Source: Dendrobates tinctorius (Eukaryota). From it: 64,000 nucleotides of DNA. Location of the stretch: the NCBI RefSeq assembly GCF_039654945.1, contig NW_027361680.1:558001-622000 (forward strand), given 5' to 3'. Of the stretch, positions 12,996 through 24,570 are shown one piece after another (the first letter of the stretch is position 1; each line of letters opens with the position of its first letter). A program made the translations under genes and the position numbers. The notes beneath the pieces are model-generated. The model did not search any database and was not told the origin of the DNA. It was given only the letters and a program-made list of their open reading frames with translations.

Positions 12996-14223
12996 TGGGT
13001 CGCCCTCCCAGGGCTGGCGGGGTACTCAGTACCGGGCCCGATGAGCTTCAATGGGAGATGTCACTGCAGCGGGGACCCGGCCCGTGGCCCTGGGCGCCCA
13101 TTGTAAAAGGGGAATGTTCAGTGTGCTTATGGTGATGAGAGTTTATGAGTGATTTGTGATGCCACCTGTGGTGTTCGGCAATGAAGATGTTAAGTCGACA
13201 CTGCAGACAGATCCTCTGGGACAGATGGTGTGGTGCAGCAATGATGTTATAGCCCTCCACAGGCAGGGCTGTAGTCCCAGGGCAGAGTAGGTGAAGTGAC
13301 TCATAGATGGTGTAGTGTCAGGCGCAGGGGATGTAGCAGTGCCGGGCAGGTTGACGCAGGAATAAGTGGAGGACACCAGGGCATGTAGTTCCAAAGCTTT
13401 ACTCACAGTCTGTTGTGGTACAAAGGCCCGCATCCACACCGTGTCCTCCGGGTCAGGAGCTCAGCCAACTTCCAGGCAAGATGAAGTACTCCTTTCCAAC
13501 ACTCCGCCAACATATGTGCCTTTTCTGAACGTCTCCCTCTTAGCGCCTTAAGTGAAGTACTCACAGTACTGAGTTACACTGGAGTTCCTCCTGTCAGAGG
13601 TTCCTATCAACTCTACTTGTACGGCAGACAGCTGTAGCCTGCTTCGGGGACACCTTACTACCTAGTCCCGGCTCACTCACAATGCTGTTGTGCCCTCAAG
13701 TCTTGTGTGGGAATAAAGTGGTGACAACTTCTATTCCTCGGTGTCTGCTGCAGAACCATTAGTATCCATACAACCTCGGGGACCGGACCCCGGCCTTGCG
13801 CTTAGAACTTGGGAAGGGTTCTCCTCTAACCCTTATCCTTAGTCCTCTTCTTCTCCTCACGTTCTGTACTAATCCTTTCCTTCTTGTGACAGCGGACCCA
13901 GGTCACTCAGGTCGGCTTCCTTCCATCCATCCCACTCCGGGAATCTTCTCTCCTCCTCTCACTCTGTCAGCCTCACTGACTGAATGCCTCAATCCTAAAC
14001 TCTTCCCGCTCTTTTAGTGCAAACTAAACTCCACCCGCCTCCCAGCACGCTTCGTGTTCCAAGCAGGGAGCCACCAAACGGTGCTTTGCTACACTACTAT
14101 GTTGTGTGGGATGCAGGTGTTGGAGTGTGGTCAGGTGTCTCCACCTTACCTGGATGGTGGGATACCACACCTCAGGAGGAGGTGCAGTGCCTCTGTGGCG
14201 ACTGAACCCTCAGGGGCGCCACA
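12996..14223 (-). mobile_element. Solo LTR related to the LTRs of the 49940-60486 element
   Basis: TG...CA termini, 4-bp TSD TATG, reverse-complement similarity to 49940-51255. Confidence 0.88.
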
Positions 14224-14413
14224 TATGCCTGCAAAGCAAACAATTTTACACCACAGATACACCAGGCCTCAGCCTGAGATGACAGACTGTATTTAATTTT
14301 TTATTATTTTTTGAATACCAAAGACTGTTGGATATAATGACTGTGACAGTCAAGCCAAAAAAAGGACACCAACGTAAACTGGCCAAACTTTCACCACGCA
14401 CAGATAACAGCTG

Positions 14414-14870
14414 ATATGCAACCAAACACAAAAGATAAAAAAGGAGAAAAAATAAATTAACCAACAGCCATAACTAAGTATAATACATATAGATAACCAA
14501 GTGGTATTTATTGCTTGCTGACCATAAGGACTAATGAATAATAACACCAGGACAGTCGAAAATTATACAAATAGCACAACACAAAAAGAGACACACATCG
14601 ACCATATGTCCCACACTGCTGTTGATTATTATTTATTCACAATTTTATGTTACACTGCACAGTAGTGTGTTTTAATGTTTTTTAAGCAATATTTGCAATA
14701 TTGGAATGCCCTTATATCTGGATAGTGTTGCCCGATTTTTTTGCATATACTGAAATTTAATCCATGCATTGTTGTTTTTCTTCATTATTTATTTTACTGC
14801 TACATTAATAAAATATATATCATAATTTTGGGACTTATGGTCGATGTGTGTCTCCTTTTGTGTTGTGCTA
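14414..14870. mobile_element. Short PLE-type tail insertion with inverted repeat; copy B at about 30900-31356
   Basis: 42-bp inverted repeat 14572-14613 / 14829-14870, AATAAA near 14807, flanked by the 13-bp direct repeat cagataacagctg. Confidence 0.55.
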
Positions 14871-16719
14871 CAGATAACAGCTGGCACAAAGATACCGCAC
14901 TAAAAAATGGGTGGCCTTTTTTATTTTTCTTTGGCCTAAATACTGCTTTATTGAAGCAAAACTAACAGGCAGGCAAAAAAGAAAAAAGCCATAAACTGGC
15001 CAAAATTTCACCACGCACACATAAGAGCTGGCACGGAGATACCGCATCAAAAAATGGGTGGCCTTTTTTAATTTTCTTTGGCCTAAATACTGCTTTATTG
15101 AAGGAAAACTAACAGCCAGGCAAAAAAGAGAAAAAAGCCGTAAACTGGCCAAATTTTCACCATGCAGATAACAGCTGGCATGAAGATAACGCACCAAAAA
15201 TGGGTGGCCTTTTTTTGGCCTAAATACTGCTTTATTGAAGCAAAAAATAACAGCCAGGCAAAAAAGAGAAAAAAGCGGTAAACTGGCCAGAATTTCACCA
15301 CGCACAAATATGATATATGTAATGCTCTATATACGCACACATACAGTGCCTGCAGGCCTTGCACTGATGTGTATACAGCAACGTACATCCCCCTGCCTGC
15401 CTAACTCTGGAACCTATATACTTCAGAATTAGTCCTTACAAGGACTGTTGGTTTAGCTGGATGTGAGTATTTAGGATGGTAGACCCCACACTAACTGAGA
15501 ATTGCACAATTCTGACCCTATCAAGGCAGCTGCTCTCCCTACACTCTCTCAAAACAGAGCTGATTGTGGCGAGCAGGGCAACATCCGATCCCTTATACCC
15601 CTGATGATGCTGTGCGGCCAGCCAATCACTGCATGACCACAAGAAAGATGGCATGCGGCGTTTTATGGCCTGGCAGGCAATCCCTGCACTGTGATTGGGT
15701 CTTTAAAGTTCACCAATATTGTTGTGTGGAGACCCGAGTTCCCGCCGAGTCATCCTGGAAATACTCGGGCAAGTACCGAGTAGTGGCGAGTACGTTCGCT
15801 CATCACTGCTGACTGAAACTCTAACTAACTTCCTCCTCCTGATCAGAGAGAGCAGCTCCCCTGAAGTCAGGTTCAGTGCTCCCCCTGCTGGCCCAGAGCA
15901 GGAACTGTGTTGCATGTGTGGTGCCCCTGAGGGTTTAGTCACCACAGAGGTACTGCACCTCACCCAGAGGCAGAGACATCCAATATCATTGCTCAATCTA
16001 CTATCTCCAGTGAATTCTTGAAGGTTCCTCCAAGAGAAACCAGAGGGCGAGATTTGGAACGGGAATTATTCCACCATGTGAATATAGAACTTCACTGTGC
16101 AACCCTCACTGAATATTTGAAAGTACAGCGTCTCCCCAGAGGTCTAAGGGTGCCTCTCCGCCATATCCTGTTTAGCGAATCGTCCGATTATTGTTCTAAA
16201 TTTGAAAAAATACTGAATGTCCCTTTGATCTCATTACTCTTACTATAGAGCACCTACATAAAGCGACTGAAACAAGTTCAGAGCGAATCAAGAGTATTGA
16301 GACCCAACTTGCCTCAGCAAGTACTGCAGAGGAACAGGGTCAACTCAAAACTCAGATCCAGAACAACATAGATCAACACAGAAGGGACACTGAGAACAAA
16401 AAGAGAAATAAGTTTGCACGGGACGCAGAGGATTACCAACTGGACCGCGTGTATAAATGGCGAGACAAGCCTACCACCAGACGTCTTCATCAAAGATCTG
16501 GGGTTCGGTCCTCGACAGAACTGTCTACCTCTGGCTTGGAAGAGGAGAGGAGAGATCCTCCACCCACCAGCCGTTTTTTAGATCAATGGAGGAGACCACG
16601 AACAAGAAAAGAACTAGACGAGGCCATGGCCACAGGAGGGACTCACGATCAACCCCGCACAACACGCTCACAGGTACCTGGCCACTTGTGGTCAATATTT
16701 CCTCAAAGAAGCTAGGGAT

Positions 16720-18961
16720 CGTCATGCTCGCCATGTCTGTCATGTCAGCCATGTCTGTTTTGCCTCATGACCCCTGGAGCGGTGTGCACGCGCATCTCAT
16801 GTCTGCTATCCTGCATGTTCCCTAGAGCAAAGCACACTCACCTCATGACTGTTGAGCTGCGGGATGCCTGCGTTTCTGCTCTGCCTTCTGTGATCGTCTC
16901 GTCATGTCTAGAAACCCTGATCATGTGTCCTTCCTATGTTCCAGCAGAGGCTGGTTCTGCATTCATCTCTGCATGTCTGGAACTCTAATCATGTGACCTG
17001 CCTAGGTTTCAGCACTGGTTCTGCTATCATCTCTGCATGTCTGGAATCCTGATCATGTGACTGCTCCCTGTGATCCTGGAGGAATGAACTGGAAGTTCTT
17101 CCCTGGTCCTGACCCGGAAGTGGAGGTGCTATGCCCTATATCAGACCGCCCCTTCCAATGCTCAGGGCCTGAGTAGTGTGTTGCTTCCCTGCATGGCTGC
17201 TTGGTCTGCTGGGTTGCTCCCTGTATTCTGTGCCCTTGCACTTTGCTCTGTCGTGCGTCTCTGCATACGCTCCGTGCTTGTATTCCGTCTCTTGTCTCGT
17301 GCTTTGTCTCGTGTTGTCCTTCGTGCTTTGTTTGTCCTCGCTATGCTTCCTTATTATGCTATGTTCTGTACCCTGTCCCTGACGTGTCTCTCTACACGTG
17401 CAGGCCTCCGCTCTGTACGCTGTCCCTGACGTGTCTCTACACGTGCAGGTCACCGTTCTGTACTCTGTCCCTGACGTGTCTCTCTACACGTGCAGGCCTC
17501 TGCTCTGTACCCTGTCCCTGATGTGTCTCTCTACACGTGCAGGCCTCCGTTCTGTACCCTGTCCCTAGCATGCCTCTCTACACGTGCAGGCCTCCGCTCT
17601 GGACTCTGTCTAGTCCCAAGGCTCTCCCTTGGCCCGGCACTGGGCTTCGACCTATGCTCCGCTGCTAGACTCTGTCCCTGGCGTGTCTCTCCACACGCGC
17701 AGACCTCGTCTTGTACTTTGCCCTTGGCATGCCCTCTGCATGCGCAGGACTCTGCCTCTTACCCTATGTCTTGTCTCTGATGTTCTGTGCCCCCTTGCAC
17801 TTTTCGTACTAGGCTTTGCCATGCTGTTTCACATGCGTCTCTGTCCTGTACCTTTGCCTAGCCCTGCCTTGTGGCTCCGTGCCCTCGTGCACGCGCCTGG
17901 TCGCCCTGTGCCTGCCTGTTGTGCCTCAGCCGTGCCGCCTCTAGTCGTGCTCGCCTGTGTGCCTCAGCCGTGCCCGCCGTCCAGTGCTATAGTGGTTACT
18001 GGCTGTGTGAGCCGCAGCTGTGCCGCCTCTAAGTCGTGCCCACCTGCTTATGCCACCGTCGGTACTGCCTGCCGGTGCCCCAGTCGTGGTTTCCGTGCTC
18101 CCTTGCGCGCACGCTGGTTTTCGCACTGTGCCTTTTCGTGCTACTCTTGCACAAAGTCTTTTGCTTACTTTGCTCTGCTCTGAACCCTGTCTTGCCTGCC
18201 AGATTCCGTAACCTGCCGACCGCTGTCAGAGGTCCGGACCTAGATGACTGCGGCCTGATGTCCGGAGCTGATTTCCGCAGTCTGATTCCTGGACCCTGTC
18301 GGTCGATGCCAGCACCCCGGATTCCGATGCCACCGTACCCTATCTTGGTCCCTGGCGTGTCTCTTCGCACGCGCAGGCCACCGTCCCTGTACCTGTCCCT
18401 GGCATGCCCCTTGGCATGCGCAGGCCTCCGTCCTGTGAGCCTGACCCGGGCATGTTCGTTGACACGCATCCTGTTTCTAACTTTGTCTTGTCTCCTTGCA
18501 TGAAACCCTGGTTTGCTTACCGGATGTCCGGAACCAGCCGATCACCTTCAGAGCTACAGAACCTAATGTCCCGGTTGATCGTTGCCTGCTGTCCGGAGTC
18601 CAATGTCCTCGTGCCTCTGTCTACCATCTGCACGTACCATGCTTTGGACCTCGGCATGCTCTTGCACGCACCTTGCTCTATGTACTCTGTGTGTTCACGT
18701 TTTGCACCTGTTATACTCTGAAGTGTTCCTTAATGAAGTTTCCTTGAACTAACGTCTTGTCTCGGCTTGTCTTGTTTCCCTGATCCGGCCGTCTGGTCCA
18801 GCTGCTGTGGTGGCTCACCCCCTTGGTCTTGCCCCTGACACTCCCTGTATAGGGGGTGGATTCTCACAAGGTCAGCTCGCCCTAGGTGGGTGGGTGCCAC
18901 GGCCCAGAGGGTCCAATCATTCAAAAGGAAAATGACTCAGCGTAAGCTGATGCTCGTCACA
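16720..18961 (+). mobile_element. Large solo-LTR-like insertion (Gypsy-type) with 47-bp tandem repeats
   Basis: 5-bp TSD GGGAT, termini (c)gtcatg...cgtcaca. Removing it restores the PLE RT frame. 47-bp units at about 17365-17610. Strand tentative. Confidence 0.75.
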
Positions 18962-21504
18962 GGGATATCTGAATATAACGTTTTACAGAAGGGTCTTTCC
19001 TTCTCCCCTGCTTATAATTTCAATACGTTCAACATGGAGATGGATCTCCAATGTTTCTTTCGCCGTCTGAGACTTAAAGTTTACTTTTCTCAGTCTCCCC
19101 CGTTTGATACTCCTATGCCTAACTCTAATATGAACAGTAAATTACTCTCTGCAGCTAGTCTGGGTCTCAAAACAAGAGCCACTTTAGACCTCCATAGGGT
19201 TCCCATGACCTGGAGGCCTTTATAGGCTTTGTAAATAAATCTTTCACTGACTCTGCTCAGATATTGATCGAGGTCTCTACACTACCCTGCCAACTTGTCT
19301 GCTTCAGATCTACAGGCCCTTAAATCACTACAAGAGGACCCTGATCTGATTATCAAACCATCAGATAAGGGTGGTGCCTTGGTGGTAATGGACAAAACTT
19401 TCTACGTGACTGAAATACTAAGACAATTGAGTGACACTACCCAGTATTTACACAGAATTACCTAGAGACCCCACCAGTAAAATCCATGAGTTAATTCAAG
19501 GGGTTTTACATAAGTACACTGAACTTGGGGTTTTGGACATTAAAATTTGTGAATATCTCACCAAAATACATCCCATCACTCTGGTATTTTATGTACTGCC
19601 CAAGATACATAAAAACTTGGAACAACCCCCGGGGCGGCCTATAGTCGCATCAACAGAGTCAATCCTCTCTCCATTGTCAATCTTCCTGGAAAAAATTTTA
19701 GCACCCATGATTCAAACCACACCTTCCTTCCGGCTAGACACAGGTGATTTTCTAAAAACAACCCAGCAATTAGACAAGGTCCCTACAGAGTCCTATTTAG
19801 TGACCTTTGACATGAAAGATCTTTACGCGTCCATACCACACCAACACGGTATTGAGTCAGTCAACAAACTATTATCCCATGCAGGCATGATACCTGATCA
19901 GGCCAATCTCTGTCTTGACCTGTTGTCTATTGTTCTTACTAAAAGATTTTCCTATTCCAGGACAGATACTATCTTCAAAATCGTGGGACCGCTATGGGCT
20001 CTAATGTAGCGCTAACTGCTACATGGCAGACTACGAGAGTACTGTGAGCTATGCCAGCCAGTTATACCAGGATAATGTCTTGATGTGGAAACGCTTCATA
20101 GACGATATCTTCTGTATCTGGCAAGGAACGGTCAAATCACTTTCTTTTCTTCCAGTTACTCAACTCTTCTTGGCCAGGCCTATCCTTCACAATGTCCTTC
20201 GATAGAAATTGAATCAATTTTCAAGATACCCTAGTTCTAGAAGACACAGAAGGCAAGCAAACTACAGACCTATATATCAAAAGTACGGACAGAAATAGCT
20301 TATTACATTATCAAAGTTTCCATCCAGTATCGGTAAAAAAATCCATCCCAAAGTCTCAGACACATAGAATTAACCGCATAGTAACAGACCATATTCTACG
20401 TCAACAGCAGGTTAATGAACTACATACCAAGTTTTAAAACAGAGGTTACCCCAGTCTGTCCTATTGCAAGCACAGGCGACACGGCCCTCTAATCGCACGA
20501 ATGCTAGTGAAAGAACCCTTTCGTCCACTCATATCATCCATTTGCCTATCGAATACATAGATCCATACGTCGACATTGGCATTTTTTACATGAAACCTAC
20601 CCAGAAATTTCCAAACTCCAACAATCTTTTCTACCGTGCTTTAAAAGACCACCCAACATTAGGGACGTGCCGACATAGGCACGACCACTACTATTTCCAG
20701 TCAGCTCATCCTTCATACCCCGAGATGTGGTACATTTCCGTCCTTACATTGCACCCAATGTGGCAACGTACTTAAAGGGGAAAACATCCATCATCCCCAT
20801 TCAGGCAAGAAATACAAAATCCTGAAGTACTTCACCTGCGACACACCATTTCTAGTCTACCTAATCAAATGTCCATGCGGTTTAGCCTATGTGGGAGAAA
20901 CCACCCAGCCCGTCAAAGATCGCATTTCCAAACACAAATCCACCATCCGCAGTAAAAACCTTTTATTACCAATCCCCCATCATTTCATTACCCACAACCA
21001 TAAAATCTCTCAACTCCGTTTTCAAGTCATTGAACAGGTCCCACTTCGAAGACGAGGGGGTGATCGCATAAAAAGAATAAAAGAACGTGAAGCCTTCTGG
21101 ATTCACAAATTGGGTACCCTACACCCGAGAGGCTTAATTAGTGACTACAATTTGGGATCATTCATTCAATCCCTGGGACACACCCCTTTGTATGTGACTA
21201 CGGTTCAATTTGAATTATGTTAAATGACTTTAGATCTGGCATTTATGATTCCCACTGATTTATGTTCCCTTATACTATGTGCTGATGTATCATTTATGCA
21301 TTTCTACTGGCCATAGGCAATGTTTATTGCCATTTCTATGTATTGATTATATGCATCTAATTCTATGTCCTTCTCTTTTAGAGCCGGTTATATTGACCTC
21401 TTCCATCTCCATTCTTCCTTTGGATTGGCACTGAACCTCTTTCTCACCATCACCGCTCTATATCAGCTATAATAAGAGGGATACAATTGTGTAATATCAC
21501 TTCA

Positions 21505-21915
21505 ATATAGATTCCTATGGGGGAACGCAAACAAAATGGCCGCTGGAACACAAAAGGCAGCCGGCCAACCCCCCGGCAGGTCCGTACAGACCCCCGGCAG
21601 CCGGCACAAGCCCCGGCAGGCCCGTACAGACCCCCGGCAGCCGGCACAAGCCCCCGGCAGGCCCGTACAGACCCCTGGCAGCCGGCACAAGCCCCCGGCA
21701 GGCCCGTACAGACCCCCGAATGTTGGCACAGACCGCGCATCATGATAACATCATTTCAGCAGCCAATCACAGCCACAACAGTGGCTCATTGCATTATGGG
21801 GACTTCCGATTACGGTATCCGATATTGAAAAAATATCGGTACTCGGTATCGGAATTCCGATACAGCGAATATCAGCCGATACCCGATATTTGCAGTATCG
21901 GAATGCTCAACACTA
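21505..21915 (-). mobile_element. Single hAT end related to the left arm at 3355; copy B at about 37522-37932
   Basis: Ends gtatcggaatgctcaacacta, with gtatcgg subterminal motifs and a related GC minisatellite. Confidence 0.75.
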
Positions 21916-22323
21916 CTTATTTCCCATTGGGGATTTTCCTCTTTTAGCGCCCCATACACTTGTGAAAGTGACCATACCGGTAGGCATTCATACATATTAT
22001 TCTCCCACTATAGGGACTTTGTCCCTTATTCACCATATGATAGAAATTATATCTGTTTTCCACCATAGAAACATGTCTCACTAAATATCCACAGGATTCC
22101 CACGAATCCCTGACACTCCTGTATAGTTTGGTATGTTTCTTCCTCTTTCCTCCTTTAACTGATATAATGAGACGCAAAGTTGAGCATTGTATTTTGGACC
22201 TCTATATGTTGGTCAGATATATTTATCTGACTCGGACCAATATTACCCATCTCTGTATGTACTTTATTTTTGCTGTTCTCATTATGAATTTAATAATGAT
22301 TATTTATTATTTTTTTCTGTTCT

Positions 22324-22373
22324 GTAGTAATTGATAAAGGCCAAATGCGGCCGAAAAGTTTTGCCTTGACTAC
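22324..22373 (+). ncRNA. Degenerate hammerhead-like motif in the PLE2 pseudo-LTR; copy B at 38341-38390
   Basis: UUGAUAA-A-GGCC AAAUGC GGCC-GAAA. Stems I and III imperfect. Confidence 0.5.
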
Positions 22374-22459
22374 ATTAAAAGTAAAAAAAATTCATCTTTA
22401 AGTTGAGTGCCTAGTTTATTTTTATTACTTCATGGTGCTGGATCCTACTACGGCACCTT

Positions 22460-23076
22460 CCTTAGTAGTGCACACAGTTCTCTATTAATACTACCAACCA
22501 GTAATGACTGTCAGACAAAATTTTGACAATATGAGGGTCATGGGAAAGGCAGCACAACATAAAGTCAGCCATGTGTGGCAGACTGCTAACCGGCAAGACT
22601 TCCATGTACTCACCAAGAGGATGACTGACCATGCTATCCTCCTCCATGTCCTCAGGCCATCCATGCTGAACAGATGGTATGACAGTTGTGCTTGTAGTAA
22701 CGTCTATATCACATGAAAGTAGTTCCTGTTCTTCCTCTTCCTCCTCTTCCTCATTGTCAACCAATCCACTTTAGGATGACATGAGGTTGGGCTCTGTGAA
22801 ATCACCCTGTATGCTTCCTTGCTCCATCTCATCGTGTTCAGCCTGCAATGCCACCTCTTTGATTGTGAGCAGAGAGCATTTCAGAAGACAGAGAAGCGGG
22901 ATGGTGACGCTAGTTATGGCATCAACGCCACTCGCCATCTTTCTGGACTCCTCAAAGTTTTGTAGTATGGTACATATGTCTGACATCCATGTCCACTCCT
23001 GAGGTCTCATGTGTGGAGTCTAAACTGAATACTGATGGCCTTGTTGATGATGGTAGTCAACAACTGCCCTCTTCTG
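22460..23076 (-). pseudogene. hAT transposase C-terminal-side fragment, copy A
   Basis: EWTWMSDICTILQNFEESRKMASG..TSVTIPLLCLLK; duplicate of 38477-39093. Confidence 0.75.
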
Positions 23077-23243
23077 TGTCATGATCCAGATCGAGGTTTG
23101 AGTCCTGTCTTTCCATGCTCCCGGTATGGTCATTTCAGGGGTTAACTTTTCTCAGCCCAAGTCTGGTTTCAGGTTTGCTATTTGGCTCCGCTGCATACTG
23201 CAGGTGATGTGAGATATAGTTCTGCCTTCGGCGTGTGTATCTG

Positions 23244-24570
23244 ACATCTGTAGCTATGAAAGTCATAGCTATGAAATCTATGATGACATCACATCTGTAG
23301 CTATGAAAGTCTTCGAAAGAATTATGATGTCCCACCTGATAAAATTCACGCAGAAGCTATGGGACCCGCTTCAGTTTGCCTATAAGGAGAATCGTTCGGC
23401 AAACGACACTGTCAATCTGGCACTGAAGTACATTTTGGATCATACAGATGAACTGCACTCATATGTCCGGATTCTTTTCATGGACTTTAGCTCAGCGTTC
23501 AATACCATTGATCCGAATTTACTTCATAAGAAAATCGTAGCTCTTGGAGTCCCTCTCAACTTATGCTTGTGGATTTATAACTTCCTGACAGCCAGGATAC
23601 AGAGTGTAAAAGTTGGACCATTCACTTCGGACACCTTGGTCACAAACATCGGGGCACCTCAGGGGTGTGTTTTGTCCCCGTTACTGTTTTCTCTCTATAC
23701 GAATGATTGCATCTCTTCAGCAGACTCAGTAAAAATCTTGAAATTTGCCGATGATATGACACTGATTGGTCTCATCAGGGGAAATGCTGAAGACTTATAT
23801 CGGAGTGAGGTGAAAAGAATATGTGACTGGTGTAAAGCCAATAATCTTGTACTCAACACTAAAAAAACTGCTGAGATGGTTGTGGATTTTAGGAAAGATC
23901 AACATGAGATACTTCCAATCTACATCCATGACGAAGTGGTTCTTAGGGTCACAGAGACCAAATTCCTTGGTGTTATCTTCTCTCATGATCTTACATGGGG
24001 GAAAAACGTGGATGCTGTTATAAGAAAAGCACAACAGAGGATGTTCTTCCTGCGTCAGCTGAAAAGATATGGTTTGTCTAAGAATCTGCTGATCTTATTC
24101 TTTAATGCTGTCATCAGATCTGTGATTTGTTCCTCTCTGATAGTCTGGTATGGGGGAGCCACTGCGCATGACAAACTCCGCTTACAAAGGACTTTCAGAA
24201 CAGCAGAGAGAATTATAGGTTCCCCCCTGCCTAAAATCCAGGATCTTTATGATAAGAGTATTCGATCCCACGCATTGAAAATTTCATCCGATCCCTCTCA
24301 CCCGGGACACTCCTCATTCCAACTACTCCCTTCAGGACGTCGCTTCAGAGTCCCCAAATGCAGCACCAACCGCCATATGAACAGCTTCTATCCACTCTCT
24401 GTTCAACAATTAAATCGTCATGTGTAGACTATATACTGTATCTGTCTTGTTAGATGTTACTTGTTGTATCTGTTGTTATATATTATGTTGCCTCTTTGCC
24501 ACAAAGAATTCCTTGTATATATGTAATATGTACTTGGTGATAATAAATTTGATTGATTGATTGATTGATT
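23244..24570 (+). mobile_element. 5'-truncated Rex1/Babar-type LINE
   Basis: RT ORF, short 3' UTR, AATAAA (24542) and (GATT)5 tail. Confidence 0.88.
23303..24427 (+). CDS. Rex1/Babar reverse transcriptase, open 374-aa fragment
   Basis: DPLQFAY, LFMDFSSAFNTI, GAPQGCVLSPLLFSLYTND, KFADD, KAQQRMFFLRQL, DPSHPGH..FQLLPSGRR. Confidence 0.85.
   Translation: MKVFERIMMSHLIKFTQKLWDPLQFAYKENRSANDTVNLALKYILDHTDELHSYVRILFMDFSSAFNTIDPNLLHKKIVALGVPLNLCLWIYNFLTARIQSVKVGPFTSDTLVTNIGAPQGCVLSPLLFSLYTNDCISSADSVKILKFADDMTLIGLIRGNAEDLYRSEVKRICDWCKANNLVLNTKKTAEMVVDFRKDQHEILPIYIHDEVVLRVTETKFLGVIFSHDLTWGKNVDAVIRKAQQRMFFLRQLKRYGLSKNLLILFFNAVIRSVICSSLIVWYGGATAHDKLRLQRTFRTAERIIGSPLPKIQDLYDKSIRSHALKISSDPSHPGHSSFQLLPSGRRFRVPKCSTNRHMNSFYPLSVQQLNRHV

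Larger units (their letters stand above)
12285..15808 (-). mobile_element. hAT element 5' fragment (transposase N-terminus, subterminal repeats, TIR)
   Basis: TIR (c)agtgatgagcg at 15808. Peptides NDDETQLPESQEE..VVDD..TDPTW and CETVVDWIADNASS are homologous to 43357-43900. About 148-bp repeats at 14870-15300. Confidence 0.75.
15973..22457 (+). mobile_element. Penelope-like retroelement 2 (ORF1 + RT/GIY-YIG), decayed, interrupted by a solo LTR and a hAT end
   Basis: ORF1 LPRGLRVPL..KFARDAEDY..RVYKW. RT motifs VVNISSKKLG|ISEYNVLQKGLSFSP, IKPSDKGG, FYVLPKIHK..PPGRPIV, DMKDLY, RFIDD. Endonuclease VYLIKCPCGLAYVGET..R..H. Multiple frameshifts. Confidence 0.9.

Noticed and set aside
17365-17610. 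47-bp repeats (and the 150-bp repeats at 14870-15300 and 44190-44740) as a CRISPR-like array
   Set aside because: Head-to-tail units without unique spacers, inside eukaryotic TEs.
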